The notes beneath the pieces are model-generated. The model was not told the DNA's origin, ran no database searches, and saw only the letters and a list, made by a program, of their open reading frames with translations. From Octopus vulgaris (lineage: Eukaryota): a stretch of 64,000 bases of DNA. A program made the translations under genes and the position numbers. The stretch's first letter is position 1; each line of letters starts with the position of its first letter. The stretch lies in contig OX597815.1 in NCBI GenBank assembly GCA_951406725.2, positions 124,930,001-124,994,000 of the forward strand. The letters are read 5' to 3'. Positions 25,050-38,599 of this stretch are shown here, piece after piece.

Positions 25050-25810
25050 GTCCTTTTGATGTAGAGCTGCATAAAAATAACAACTACATTGACAAACAGA
25101 CTAGTCTATCCTGGATTAACAACCAAGTTATTAGCTTTCATTTTGTAATACAGAAACAGAAAATATCCACGAATTACCAGATGCACGAAAGAGACAGGGA
25201 TGCAAATAAATCATGAAGATGCGACAACTAATGCAGGTTTTGTGAAATTAACATTGAGGATGTCACTTGCTTCATAAGCTGTTACTCGAAAATATCCTCA
25301 TGGTAATACTTACCTATTAGATATGATGACATGGTTTCAATATTATAATATGAAATCCGTAGATAGGATAATTCTTAGAAAGCTACAGTAATGTGGAAAG
25401 CATATCAAAACTTAAGCACAAAGAATGCTGGTGGAATATTCCTGTAAAGACGTCAACAAAATGCAAGTACAGCAAATCAAGAGTAATGATTTGGGACAGA
25501 GAAAAGAAACTATGCCTAGTAGTTGAAATCAGGTGCCCAGCAGATATCAACATTATGTTAATAAACTTAGTGTAAAAGAGAACGTGTGCTGAACAGGTGG
25601 GAAATCTGAAGGTAATTTATCCGAACTATAAACTTAAATTTCTACCAATAATTATTGGACTACATGGTTACATGGCTAACTTCCTCAGTACCAATCTTCA
25701 GAAGCATTGACAAAACCATAAAAAATACGCCTGATCAGATTGTCTGTCAAGGCACAATCAGTGAAAAGTAAAACTCAAAACATGTAAAAAATAATTTCGG
25801 GAACATGTAA
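25050..25810 (+). mobile_element. Old R4/Dong-type RLE LINE 3' relic
   Basis: WWNIPVKTSTKCKYSKSRVMIWDREKKLCLVVEIRCPADINI is colinear with the ORF at 51371-51565. Confidence 0.85.
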
Positions 25811-25842
25811 TAGGATCTACATACGTAATGTCATCCATGCAT

Positions 25843-26327
<485 letters not shown>

Positions 26328-26361
26328 AAGAGAGAGAGAGAGGGAGAGAGAGAGATAATTT

Positions 26362-26770
26362 ATTTAGAGACAAACCGCTATTTAGTTATTCAATTAATAC
26401 TGAAAAGATATCTATAATACCCACATAGAAATTAATTAGATATATTATCATACTTATTAATCTAAAAATCACAAAACAAACCAAGTTATTAGCTATTAGT
26501 TATTGAAATACAGAAACAGAAAATATCTACAAATTAATGTTTGGTTTGTTTTGTGATTTTTAGATTAATAATTATAAATTATAATATATTTAATTAATTT
26601 CTATGTGGGTATTATAGATAATATCTTTTCAGTATTGATTGAATAACTAAATAGCGGTTTGTTTCTAAATTCTATATATATAATATATTGTGAATTTTTG
26701 ATTTAATGTGCTAAATTGAATTTTTTTCTCTGTTGGCTTGGAATTTTTATATTCCCTAACTATTAATAAT
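26362..26770. repeat. Fold-back element 2: ~125-bp inverted repeat with one-sided tail
   Basis: Arms 26362-26484 and 26541-26670. Tail 26680-26770 resembles the reverse complement of 34345-34420. Confidence 0.88.
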
Positions 26771-26784
26771 ATATATATATATAT

Positions 26785-26961
26785 TAGTAGAAAAGGAAAT
26801 AAAAAGTCCTTGGTACAGTATTATATATTTGAAAAAAATAAATAGAAATAACTTTTCTGATCATTTTTCCACTTTAATAATTAAATGTTTACGAGTCGCT
26901 AATTATTAAAGTGGAAATATTATCAGAAAAGCCATTTCTATTCATTTTTTTCAAATATATA
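26785..26961. repeat. Fold-back element 3: ~60-bp inverted repeat
   Basis: Arms 26822-26882 and 26901-26961, 18-nt spacer. Confidence 0.85.
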
Positions 26962-26962
26962 T

Positions 26963-28335
26963 ATAGGGTGCGATGGTTAAATTGTTGCCATTTTATACTT
27001 TTAATTTTGCACTTGCGCATTGTTTGTTTTTGATTTTGTCGACTACACAGTATAGTTGGGTCAGTTGGGCACCGTCTGTGAAAAAACCACTATCATGACG
27101 CAATTTACTCTGCCAGAAATTTGTAATAGATATGCTGTACTGCTTGACATTCGTGCCAGAACCTCCAATATGAGTCCAATATTTCAGAGTGTTTTGGTAT
27201 CAATCTGAGGACAGTGCTATCTGAGGATATGTACTGGGAATGATAAAAATCAAACATCCAGTCAACATCATGGTGTTCGGAGTGATCACTAATGTTGGCA
27301 ACCTTATGCCTCCATTCGTCTTTCAACATGGCCTCAGACTCAACACGGATGCCTATATCAAATGCCTGGAGGAGTAGTGCTGCTCTGAGTCAAAAGGGTG
27401 GCTGCTGGAAGACCCTACGTCTGGCAACAGGACTCTGCACCATACTACACAAGCAGGAGAACCCAGTCATAGCTCTCAGACAATTTCTCCGACCTCATCA
27501 TCCCTAACATCTGGCCAATTAACTCCGCCATACTGCAACCCCTTTGATTATTATGTGTGGGGCGCAGATGAGCGAGAGACCAACAAAACTCCTTGTAACA
27601 CCAAAGATGAACTGAAGGCAAGGATTTTGGCAGCATTCACCAACTTAAACAAGGAGATCGTCTTAATGAGCTGAAGGAGATTCCGAAGCCGACTAGAGAC
27701 GTGGTTGAAGTCAATGGCGATTTTATTAAATAAATTTACTCTTTAGTATTTCAAGATATTTTATGTACTTTTGGTAAATATATCCGTTAAAATGTGTTAT
27801 TTTCATTTCTGTGTAATTTAGACGACAATTTGCGGAGGCGCAATGGCCCAGTGGTTAGGGTAGCAGACTCGCGGTCGTAGGATCGCGGTTTCGATTCCCA
27901 GACCGGTCATTGTGAGTGTTTATTGAGCAAAAACACCTAAAGCTCCACGTGACTACGCAAGGGGGAGGGGGTGAACCCTGCTGTACTCTTTCACCACAAC
28001 TTTCTCTACTCTTTCTTCCTGTTTCTGTTGTACCTGTATTTCAAAGGGTAGCCTCATCACACTCTGTGTCACGCTGAATCTCCCCGAGAACAACGTTAAG
28101 GGTACACGTGTCTGTGAAATGAGCTGCGACGTCAATGGTGCCAAGCTGTATCGGCCTTTGCCTTTCCATTGGATAACATCGGTGGTGTAGAGAGGGGAGG
28201 CATGGGCGACTGCTGGTCATCCATAAACAACCTTGCCCAGACATGTGCCTCGTAGGATAAATTTCTAGGTGCAATCACATGGTCATTCGTGACCGAAGGG
28301 AGTCACAGACGACAATTTATTCACCACATCCTCTG
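26963..28335 (+). mobile_element. Decayed Tc1/mariner (DD37D/maT-like) transposon interrupted by a SINE
   Basis: Imperfect TIRs agggtgcgatggttaaattgttgcc / gacgacaatttattcaccacatcct. Relic translation MVFGVIT, PYVWQQDSAP, WPINSA..PLDYYVWG, DELKARI. Confidence 0.8.
27832..28306 (+). mobile_element. tRNA(Arg-like)-derived SINE family C with 12-bp TSD
   Basis: tRNA head ggcgcaatggcccagtggttagg..ctcgcgg..gtttcgattccc. TSD agacgacaattt at 27820-27831 and 28307-28318. Resembles octopus OR-type SINEs (from memory). Confidence 0.9.
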
Positions 28336-28634
28336 TGTGTATATATATATATTAAAAGTCAGGGTACAATATGCACCTGTTTGCTAGAAAGAAGAGTTAA
28401 AACTCTCCAAAGGCTTGTTCGCTAATGCTCGTTTGGAAGTCGAGGGGCCTTTCAGCTGAACAGGCGCGCATGGAATGGTAAATATATTTTTTAAATTAGT
28501 TTACGTTGTAAGCCTAGCTCATGTGCTTTAAGTGCCATTCGGCACAGAAAGCAAAATCAATTGATATTGGGGTATTTACTCTCTTCTTTGTAGTTTTACA
28601 AATGGGGACGACTGTTTTTTTTAGTACATATATA

Positions 28635-29193
28635 TTAGGTCGTTAAGCATGAAATTTGTGGAAGAGAAAAAGCTTACTAATGTTTTATAAATACAAGGAA
28701 TAGCTTTATTCATCAAAGTATGCACCCATATTGTTAATACACTTTTGCCATTTCAGCGGTAGCTTGTCCAGACCGGAACTGAAAAAGCCTGTCGATCTAG
28801 AGTCAATAAAATCTTGGAAGGCCAATTTTACAGCATCGTCGGAATTAAATTTTTTTCCTGTCAAAAAGTTATCCAAATTCTAGAAGAAGTGGTAGTCAGT
28901 GGGGGCAAAATGAGGTAAGTATGGTGGATGATGGAGAACTTCCAACTCCAATTCCTGTAGTTTCGCCAATATCATTGGCGAAACTGTACGAATGTCCGAC
29001 TTATCTATCTCTAAACAAAAAATAGCAAAAATCGATTTATAAATATTATATAAAGCGCTAAATGAGTTAGAATAAAGAAATAGATGTGTCAGCTTTCTAA
29101 CAAAAAATAGTCAAAATATAATCATGGCGCAAAATGAGCAGTTCTAAAAGTTTACCATATACCTTACTATAAATTTCATACTCGACAACCTAA
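28635..29193 (-). mobile_element. Internally deleted mariner (DD34D) element
   Basis: TIRs ttaggtcgttaagcatgaaattt / aaatttcatactcgacaacctaa, TA on the left flank. Minus strand reads LEVLHHPPYLPHFAPTDYHFF..LPLKWQKCINNMGAYFDE*. Confidence 0.88.
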
Positions 29194-29194
29194 G

Positions 29195-29253
<59 letters not shown>

Positions 29254-29294
29254 TGTGTGTCTGTGTGTGTGTTTGTGTGTGTGCTAGACATGTG

Positions 29295-29960
<666 letters not shown>

Positions 29961-29963
29961 ATG

Positions 29964-30023
<60 letters not shown>

Positions 30024-30536
30024 TATACATGTGTGTTTGTGTATGTATGTGTGTGTGTGCAGTACTGTAGAGATATGTATATTGCTTCTGTTGGTAATAT
30101 TTACTGTCAAAATTTCTCACATCAGTGTTTAATTTATTCTATATGTTCGCCTAACTAGAAATCTTTTAATTGACCAAGCCCCACCCTTGTGAATTTAGCC
30201 CTGTGAGAAATAACAAGAGCACTTACGCACGCATAGGATGCTAAGATATATGGATATCTATGTATATATGGTCCCATAACGGGGAACAATAATACGTAAG
30301 CATCAACCTCACCCATTTGTTAATCAATATACGTGTTTATATATGTATATATATGTATGTTCATGCGTGTGTGCGTGTGAGTGTATATATATACATATAT
30401 ATATATATTAATTCATGTATATATAGATGAGAGTGAGTGAGAGTGAGAGATCGTGATAGATAGCAATAACGATACACACCCATGTATATGTATACATATA
30501 TGGATGAGTCTATATGTGTGGGCGTGTAAAAGATTG

Positions 30537-30600
<64 letters not shown>

Positions 30601-31177
30601 CATATAACAATATAATATATATTCATCGAGAGGCAGACAGGGAGAGACAGACAGAAACACATAGAAAAAAACAGATAGAAACAGACAGGGAGAGAGAGGG
30701 CAAGAAAGAGCATGGTGTGGGTGTGTGTGTGTGTGTGCGCCACAGAAAACGTGTGGTATTTGTGTGACAAAGGTACAGATGTACGTTTTGCATTAAGCAA
30801 ATGAATAGAAATATGCGTGGGTGATAGTTTTCATACGTGTATGTTTGCTTTCATCTATGTATTTGTAATGATCATAAGTAGAAGGGAATGAGCAAGAGTG
30901 GAAACGAGCGAAAATGAGCCATTACATTGGGTAGTTGACAATTTATTGTCAGAGAAATATGGTAAGGCCTAGTGCCATTGTCTCTGTGATGACTTATTTC
31001 ATAGTTAAAATGAGTCATTATACTTTCTGGCAGTAGTCTTTCCCAAACAATGCTTTTTAGTAAGACCTCTTCAGTTTCTTTTTTTTGTTGTTTTTTTGGG
31101 TTTTTTAAAATTATTGTAGGCTCTTGCAACTGAAAAAATATTTATGTACGTAGGCATGTGCCGAAGTATATATATAT

Positions 31178-31444
31178 GGAGAATCGCGGTTTCGATTCCC
31201 AGACCGGGCGTTGTGAGTGTTTGTTGAGCGAAAACACCTAAACCTCCACGAGTCTCCGGCAGGGGGTGGTGGTGATCCCTGCTGTACCCTTTCGCCATAA
31301 CTTTCTCTCACTCTTTCTTCTGTTGGCCTGGTCGCTTAGCCAGCGGGATGGCATCATTTGAAGGCTAAAACAATGCGAAGCGCATTGTGACCAGCGATGT
31401 ATAGCAACATCTGTTAGCCTGGTCGGTCACGGTGGTCACGGTGA
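31178..31444 (+). mobile_element. SINE family C variant, 5'-truncated, different 3' tail
   Basis: Shares atcgcggtttcgattcccagaccgg..actctttcttc with the 27832 copy, then diverges completely. Confidence 0.85.
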
Positions 31445-32250
31445 TATATATATATATATACATATATATATCTTTGTTTGTCTGGTTTTGGCATTGAGAA
31501 CGGGTTAAAAGCCACTAGATCCCGTCGGATTGACTCCAAAATTTACAAGGACATCTAAAATGAGGTGAGAATGTGAGTGGGCTAGGTTAGAAATCCCCAT
31601 CTTAAAAGGTGAGTTGCTAGGGCCAAAAACGCACTTTGACAAGTCTACTCTCATTCTTTTATGTATCTGTCTTCCTCCATCACTCATTCTCTTTCCTCCC
31701 TTCCCATCACTTTCTATATATAACGTCGTTTCACAGCGTCTAACTCCCTTAACTTCACTTTCTCTTTATAACGTCATTTCACAGCTTTCTATATCTCCCC
31801 CCTCCCCGCCTTCGATAGCGCTTTCACACACACACACACTCTCTCTCTCTCTCTCTCTCTTTCTACGTCTGTCTGCATTCATAGAGAGAATTATCATCGC
31901 CACCACCACCACACAATCATGAGAACAAATATTATGAATCAGATATTTATTAGGTTAATTTATATATGTGTGTGTGTGTGTTCTATATATATAAATATGT
32001 ATATATAATGTATATATACAAAGTGTATATATCTGTATTTATGTATATTAAACTTTTTAATACTTTTTGATAGTTTATATATATTTTTTTAATTATAAAT
32101 ATAAATTAATAATTTTAATTTTAAATTTAAATAATTTAAATTGTTTAATTTTATATTTTATATATTTTGTATATTATATTTTTAGTTTTATGTTTTGGTT
32201 TATGTTTTTCCCTGTTTGATTTGCCTATTAGTGGTTTTATCTCTAATTTA

Positions 32251-32293
<43 letters not shown>

Positions 32294-32389
32294 GTATACA
32301 TTTGTATATATAATGCGTGCACACACACACACATTCATATATATATATGAATAAAAAATAGAGTTAACGCAGGTGTAATAAATATTTTT

Positions 32390-32475
32390 ACTTTCGACAC
32401 ATGTTTCGAAAATTCCACTGATACTATTCAAAAGAATAAATGGTATAAACAATGCAAACTTCTCCTCAGGAAAGT
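32390..32475 (-). ncRNA. Type I hammerhead ribozyme (inverted copy)
   Basis: Reverse complement of 33029-33114 with intact CTGAGGA, GAAA and GTC. Confidence 0.82.
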
Positions 32476-32499
32476 GAAAAAAACGAAACTCGTCAATAA

Positions 32500-32827
32500 A
32501 GTACGATTTTACATTGGAAGCACATCGTTAGAGTTATCTAAAAGAATTTCTATCCATTACTCAATATTTAGGGATAGAAATAAACGGAATAGTACCGGTC
32601 TCAGCAAACTGATTTGGGATTTAAAAGACCACAATGAACAATTTCATTTAGAATGGTTGATCCTCTCAATTTCGATACCATATGACAAAGGCAAGAAATT
32701 CTGTCTTCTCTGTAATTCTGAGCTATTTTTCATTATTTTTTCTAAAAATACTCTAGTAAACACGGTTATAGAGCGAGCATACAGATGTAAGCATTGGCAA
32801 AAACATTCATTTAGTGCATATAAGTAG
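32500..32827 (+). pseudogene. Truncated Penelope-type GIY-YIG endonuclease coding fragment
   Basis: FYIGSTSLELSKRISIH..NSTGLSKLIWDLKD..EWLIL..PY..CLLCNSE..LVN..CKH is the typical PLE GIY-YIG C-terminal half. The annotated start codon lies in the inverted pLTR. Confidence 0.88.
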
Positions 32828-33028
32828 TCTCTATCATTATATATAATTTAAACTTTAATTTCCTTTATATTTAACATTCACTATTAATATCCTTACTCTT
32901 TCTGTTACCTACTTATGACGTTATATTATATAACGTTTTTTTAAACAATATTAATAGCGTTCTGTCTATCGCTATACAAATCCATCATTTTTTGCTAAAA
33001 TGTCTTATTGACGAGTTTCGTTTTTTTC

Positions 33029-33114
33029 ACTTTCCTGAGGAGAAGATTGCATTGTTTATACCATTTATTCTTTTGAATAGTATCAGTGGAATTTTCGAAA
33101 CATGTGTCGAAAGT
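33029..33114 (+). ncRNA. Type I hammerhead ribozyme with extended stem II
   Basis: actttc(33029-34)-CTGAGGA-gaagatt...aattttc-GAAA-catgt-GTC-gaaagt. Stem II is extended by cattg/cagtg, atac/gtat and tattc/gaata. Predicted cleavage after C33108. Confidence 0.85.
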
Positions 33115-33305
33115 AAAAATATTTGATTACACCTGCGTTAACTCCATTTTTTATTCATATTATTCAAAATATTCAACGTAAACACGAAGTTTCTACCTTT
33201 ATAAACAAGGAATTACAACACCTTTACTTGTGAGATTTTTGCTGCCCTGGTAACTTATTTATTTATTTTTTCCATGTTAATTGTTAACAAGGTAAAAATA
33301 CACTC

Positions 33306-33376
<71 letters not shown>

Positions 33377-33500
33377 GTGTGCATTATGTGGTCGGTTGAG
33401 CTGAAAATATGTACACCTATGTTAAAAGTGCTGGCGAGTTTGCATGACAACTATTTTTTCCCTCAAATGAAAGGCGTGACCTCTAGGACAAAATTCCTCA

Positions 33501-33997
33501 TCTTATAAAATGTAGCCCGAGTAGACCCGAATGAAATCGGGTTATATTAACCAAAATGTGAAAAGGGGTCTAAATGGGGCTGGAAGGGGATTAAAATTTA
33601 CAGGAGTGGGTGTTTAGGAATTCTCTGTTACATCAAGCTAAAAAATTTGCGCCAGCCTTTTAATCGTCAATGTGTTGCCGTCCATGATGAAGAAGTTTTG
33701 AATGCTTGCCATGGTGAGTCTACTGTCGTGAGAAAGAATCACTTCAAATCTTGGTGTTTAAGAATTTTCTTTTACACCAAGTTCAAAATTTTACGCCAGC
33801 CGTTAAACTGTCGATACGTTGCTGTCCGTTGTTCAAAATATTTTATTTCTCAACTTACTCAAGATTTTTTGTTGTTTATAAATGGGAGAGAGATAGATAA
33901 AGATAGAGAGTAAGAAAAAGCGAGGGAGAGTCCGAGAGAAAAGAAAAGTAAGAGAGTGGGAAAGTGAGAGAGAAAAGAGAGAGAAACAAAGAGGGAG

Positions 33998-34031
<34 letters not shown>

Positions 34032-34326
34032 GCTTAACGTCCGTTTTCCGTGCTAGCACGGGTTGGACAGTTTGACCGGGGTCTGGGAAGCCAGGAGGCT
34101 GCACCAGGCTCCAGTCTGATCTGGCAGTGTTTCTACAGCTGGATGCCCTTCCTAACGCCAACCACTCTGTGAGTGTAGTGGGTGCGTTTTTCGTGCCGCC
34201 GGCACAGGTGCCGGGGAGGGGCTGGCAGCGGCCACATCGGTTGGTGCTTTTTACGTGCTGAAAGGAAGCAACAGAAAGTAACAACCACACTCTCACCCGC
34301 GCGTAGAGAGGGTCACCTTAAGCTAG
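33501..34326 (+). mobile_element. Non-autonomous Helitron-like element
   Basis: 5' A|TC, and a 3' imperfect GC hairpin acccgcgcgtagagagggt followed by CTAG|T. Internal ~75-bp direct repeats at 33608-33683 and 33753-33827. The 5' boundary is less certain. Confidence 0.55.
33999..34260 (-). mobile_element. RTE-tailed SINE (Ceph-SINE-like) 3' portion with (GAT)n tail
   Basis: Minus strand ggttggcgttaggaagggcatccagc core and ccaacccgtgctagcacggaaaacggacgttaagc(gat)n end. Confidence 0.8.
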
Positions 34327-34341
34327 TATATATATATATAT

Positions 34342-34686
34342 AATAAAATATTAGGGAATAAATCCAAACTTACAGGGAAAAATCAGATTTAGGATTGAAT
34401 CCAATTTTATAGTAAAATATTATATTACATTAAATTAGAGATAAAACCACTATTAGATAAATCATACAATGAAAAACTTAAGCCAATACATAAGATTAAT
34501 TAATTTATATTAATTATATATATAATTAACTAATATATATATTAACTAATTATATATATAATTAACTAATTATCTTTTTTAATAATTTTGATATGTATTT
34601 AAAATAATATAAATTAATTAATCTTATGTATTGGCTTAAGTTTTTCATTGTATGATTTGCCTAATAGTGGTTTTATCTCTAATTTA

Positions 34687-34694
<8 letters not shown>
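34342..34694. repeat. Fold-back element 5: ~90-bp inverted repeat in (TA)n
   Basis: Arms ~34418-34511 and ~34606-34694. The arm end tgatttgcct..tagtggttttatctctaatttaa also occurs at 32217-32252. Confidence 0.88.
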
Positions 34695-34741
<47 letters not shown>

Positions 34742-34804
34742 GTATGTATATATATATATGTATATATATATATGTATATATATATGTATATATATGTATG
34801 TATA

Positions 34805-34842
<38 letters not shown>

Positions 34843-36219
34843 ATTGTGTGTGTGTGTGTGTAAAAGTATGTATTTTGTAAATACAATGAGCAATATTTAA
34901 CAAATATAGCATTATCTTAACGTTTTAAAGGAAAGAAAGTATGTCGTAACGTTGCAGACGTTTGTCCTTCATCGAAGAAAGAAAATGCAGAGAGGGTGGT
35001 CAATGAGTGAGACGGGGGTAGATAGAGCGCTATCGGCAAGAAAAAACATCTAAACTCATTAATAAAAGTAATTAAGCTTGATACAGTCGTGTTTTCAATG
35101 TAGCATATTCGAACGAACATTTCTTACCTTTGCATACAAGTATATGTGTGTGTGATAATACGAGTGCGGACATATATATAATGTACCCTGTGTGTGTGTC
35201 ATTTATGTGATATTGTGATATTTGTAGAAAACGTTTAGCTTTATATAATGCATTTGTGTATAATTGTGTCTACGAGATAAAATAACATAAAAAATATGAA
35301 TAATTCTATTTATATATTGTAATATATCGGTTGATCTTACAATCTTTTCAGATCATTGCAAACTCTACGATATATATCCCGCGGATATTTCAAGATTAGA
35401 TATCAAATAGCAGTTAGATACATTAAACATTAGTAGAGTATATATGTCTTTACTGGTGGACAATCTACATAATTAGATTAGCAGAGAAAGCATCCTAAAA
35501 CACAAAATCTGGATGAAAAAGTAGGGAATAGTGTTACGTTTCTCGAACATGCATGTGACGTCATTGGTAAGAACTTTCTTGTGGAAATTTGTTTATCTTC
35601 ACCGTGTCGTCTAATCTAGGTAAATATTCCTTGATTATTTCAGGATTGCAGATGCTAAATATCAGTAAGTGTACGATATATGACTACTAGATAAGATTAT
35701 GCTTCGTGAGTTCAAATACATAACAAGTTTTTTTCTGTCTATCTAAGATACCAATGATTGGTTGCCGTATAAGAGCCTAATTACAATTACGCAAATAAAA
35801 TATTATTTGTTCATTTAGTAATATAAATAAATTTGTATAAGCACTAGCGATCCTCTTCAGGAAATATTTCAGAGCCACAAACATGTTGATTATATGTGCA
35901 CATATATAGCTGCATGGTTAACTGCGTGCTTTTGGGTTCGATTCCATTTTGCGATACATTCGAAAATTATATACCACTATAATTTCGGTCCGACCAATAT
36001 CTTGTAAGGGGAATTTGGTAGACAGAAACTATGTGTAAACTGTCCGAGGGACTTCCAGCTTTTGGAGTGGTAGTTTTAATTCATCGCCTATTTTATCACC
36101 TGCTCTTAGCCCTGTTGAGTGTCATGAGTGGTATACTTTCTCTGTTTCAAGCATTTAGGCCAGGTCAGTGGTGTAAAGATAACTTCTCCCTTCTTATCAA
36201 TTTTATGATTTTAAAGTTG

Positions 36220-36620
36220 GGAACAGGCTCTAACTTTTCACTCTTAACTAAACCCTTAAAGCAGTTGTTAGCTCTCTATACATCTCTTGTAAATCAGACA
36301 CTAGATTACTGCTACATTGTCAGTTTATATCAGCACTATTGCTTTTAGAAATACATCTTCACGGCTCTTATAAGAAAACCACCAGAATTAGCAAAGACCC
36401 ACCCATCTCTAGACTCAAACGCTCCATGTCCTATTCCCCTTCTTTCATCGCTCATAGAGTTCTTTTTATTAAGCCATGCACTAACCACTTCGCTCAATCC
36501 CTTCTTCTCAGAATGTCATGCTATCGAAATTCTCACCGCGTCTACGTCCGACCTGCAGTTTTCGACCTACCAATGCTCAAGTTGAAAAATAATGATCCCA
36601 GATTTCTCAGTCGCGTGGGG
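36220..36620 (+). mobile_element. Highly decayed CR1/L2/Jockey-group LINE ORF2 C-terminus
   Basis: LLALYTSLVNQTLDYCYIV resembles the LYKSLVRPxLEYC motif, and TNHFAQSLLLR..RNS..V.P..DL..LK resembles SFFPRT..WNSLP. Confidence 0.55.
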
Positions 36621-37428
36621 TTGATAAGTTCAGGCCTGCTAACCTTCTTCTGAACTAAAGCAAAAAATAGATCTAAAAATATTAAAAGCCGTTGATCTCA
36701 CCATTCATTTTGAACATTACTTTTCAAGGAATGTGTTTTATTTACATTGATGTGTTCACGAAGAAAAGCACGAACATTATGAGAGCTCATTTCTCCTCCC
36801 CAATAAGTATGAGTTACTTGGGTTTATGTAGGTAAAATAGACTAATCTGTCATTTCCTTTTCAGCAAATTAATTACCTCGAAGTGTCTCTGCATAACAGA
36901 TACCAGTAATAATTTCTGAAGCTTTTTAACATCTCAAGGTCAAATTTTCGACGCAAAGTGACTTTCACCTCAAAATATTAAACGTATACTTTAACCAAGT
37001 ATAATCCATTAAGGTGTAGACAGATATATCCAGTGACACAGAGTGGGGAGAGAGAGAGAAGTGAGAAAAGATGGAAAGAAGATAGGGGACAGAAGGAGAA
37101 AGATATATATAGAAAAAAGAGATGAACATTAACATTTCTCTCATCAAGAGTAATTCAATTTCTCCACTTGAAACTGTATACTTACATTTCGGTTTTGGGG
37201 AAAATCATTCAAATGGATGATATTCATTCCCTACACCCTATCACCCATATCTCAGTTTTCCTCTCATATCCTCAATGATACGGTCTTTGATTCTCTTAGA
37301 ACTCCTGATCCATCCCAGATGTAAATCACACTCCATAAGTTTTTACTTGATGCCTCTTTTCTCATCTCTTTATTCTATATATATATCTTTTTCTTCCTGT
37401 CCCCTATCTTCCGTCTATTCTTTCCCAC

Positions 37429-37489
<61 letters not shown>

Positions 37490-38599
37490 CCCTGTCAATG
37501 GATATATCTGTCTACACCTTAATCAAACACGAAGTGGTACATTTCTTGTTCTCTTGCACAGCAGAATGCTTTCTGTGATATTCAAAATGATGGATCATTT
37601 ACCCAGATACCAGTAAGACATTGTAATAACTATATAATTATTTCATCAATGAATTAATCAGTTCTCAATGACACAAGTCACAAGTCAACTACTGGACTGG
37701 TTTCACAAAAGAGCCAGTCCGGACATCGGCCCTCATCACCATCATGACTGATTTATTCTCTGTTCACAAAGACAAGTAACAAAAAATAAAATTGGAAATA
37801 GCCAAAAATGCATTATTCTAGGAATTAATTCCAGTTCAAATCCTATCAGCCCAAAATTGGCTATCATGGTTCAGTTCCTGAATCATGGTTGGCAATTTTG
37901 GTCCGAACAAGATTTGAACTAAAAAACTAAATTAGTGAAAATAGACACCTTAGAGCGGATAAGGATTAAAACAAGAAGCTGAAGTAATTATTTTTGATGT
38001 AATATCCTGATACAGAAGCCCGGGTGCCTAATGATATTTAGATGGTATTTGAACCATAGCAGCAATCAATAATAGACATGCAACGTTTGCTAAAATAAAA
38101 ATGGAAAATTAAATTAGCGAGATTGTCACGAATTCAGAAAATATTCGATGGCTCTTATAGTTCATCTAGTCTGATTTCAGTACTGCATCCACTCTTCTCA
38201 GCAAACTGGTCTTGATTAGTTCTGTCATAGTTGCACAGTGTAACAGACTGGAGTGGGATGGAGTACAAACGGCTGAATAACATAAGTCAAAGTTATCATT
38301 TCCATTCACATCTATGGTTGCATTATAAACCAATTTCGGTCGTTGATTAGTAGTTTATTTTATCAATATAGGAAGAATAAAAGGCGAGTTAACTTCAGAA
38401 CGTGAAGTGTCATAGTTAAACAGCTCAAGGAACTTACTCCGATGTTCAAACGCTTCTCTGTTAATCCACATAGAGAATAAAAATTAACCACTGTAAGACT
38501 TCTTTTTTTTTTCAATGCCATACCTCTGCCTGTAGTTAGATTATAATATCAAAGAAATGAATACATATCAAAACGTTTAAATTATGTGTGTATTTCTGA

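Larger units (their letters stand above)
32346..33312 (+). mobile_element. 5'-truncated Penelope-like element with inverted pLTR, inserted in (TA)n
   Basis: Inverted repeat ~32346-32499 / ~33005-33160, GIY-YIG C-terminal coding between the arms, a hammerhead in each arm, TA-repeat flanks. Confidence 0.92.

Noticed and set aside
27835-27905. Functional tRNA-Arg gene
   Set aside because: It is the head of a TSD-flanked SINE, the acceptor stem does not close and there is no terminator.
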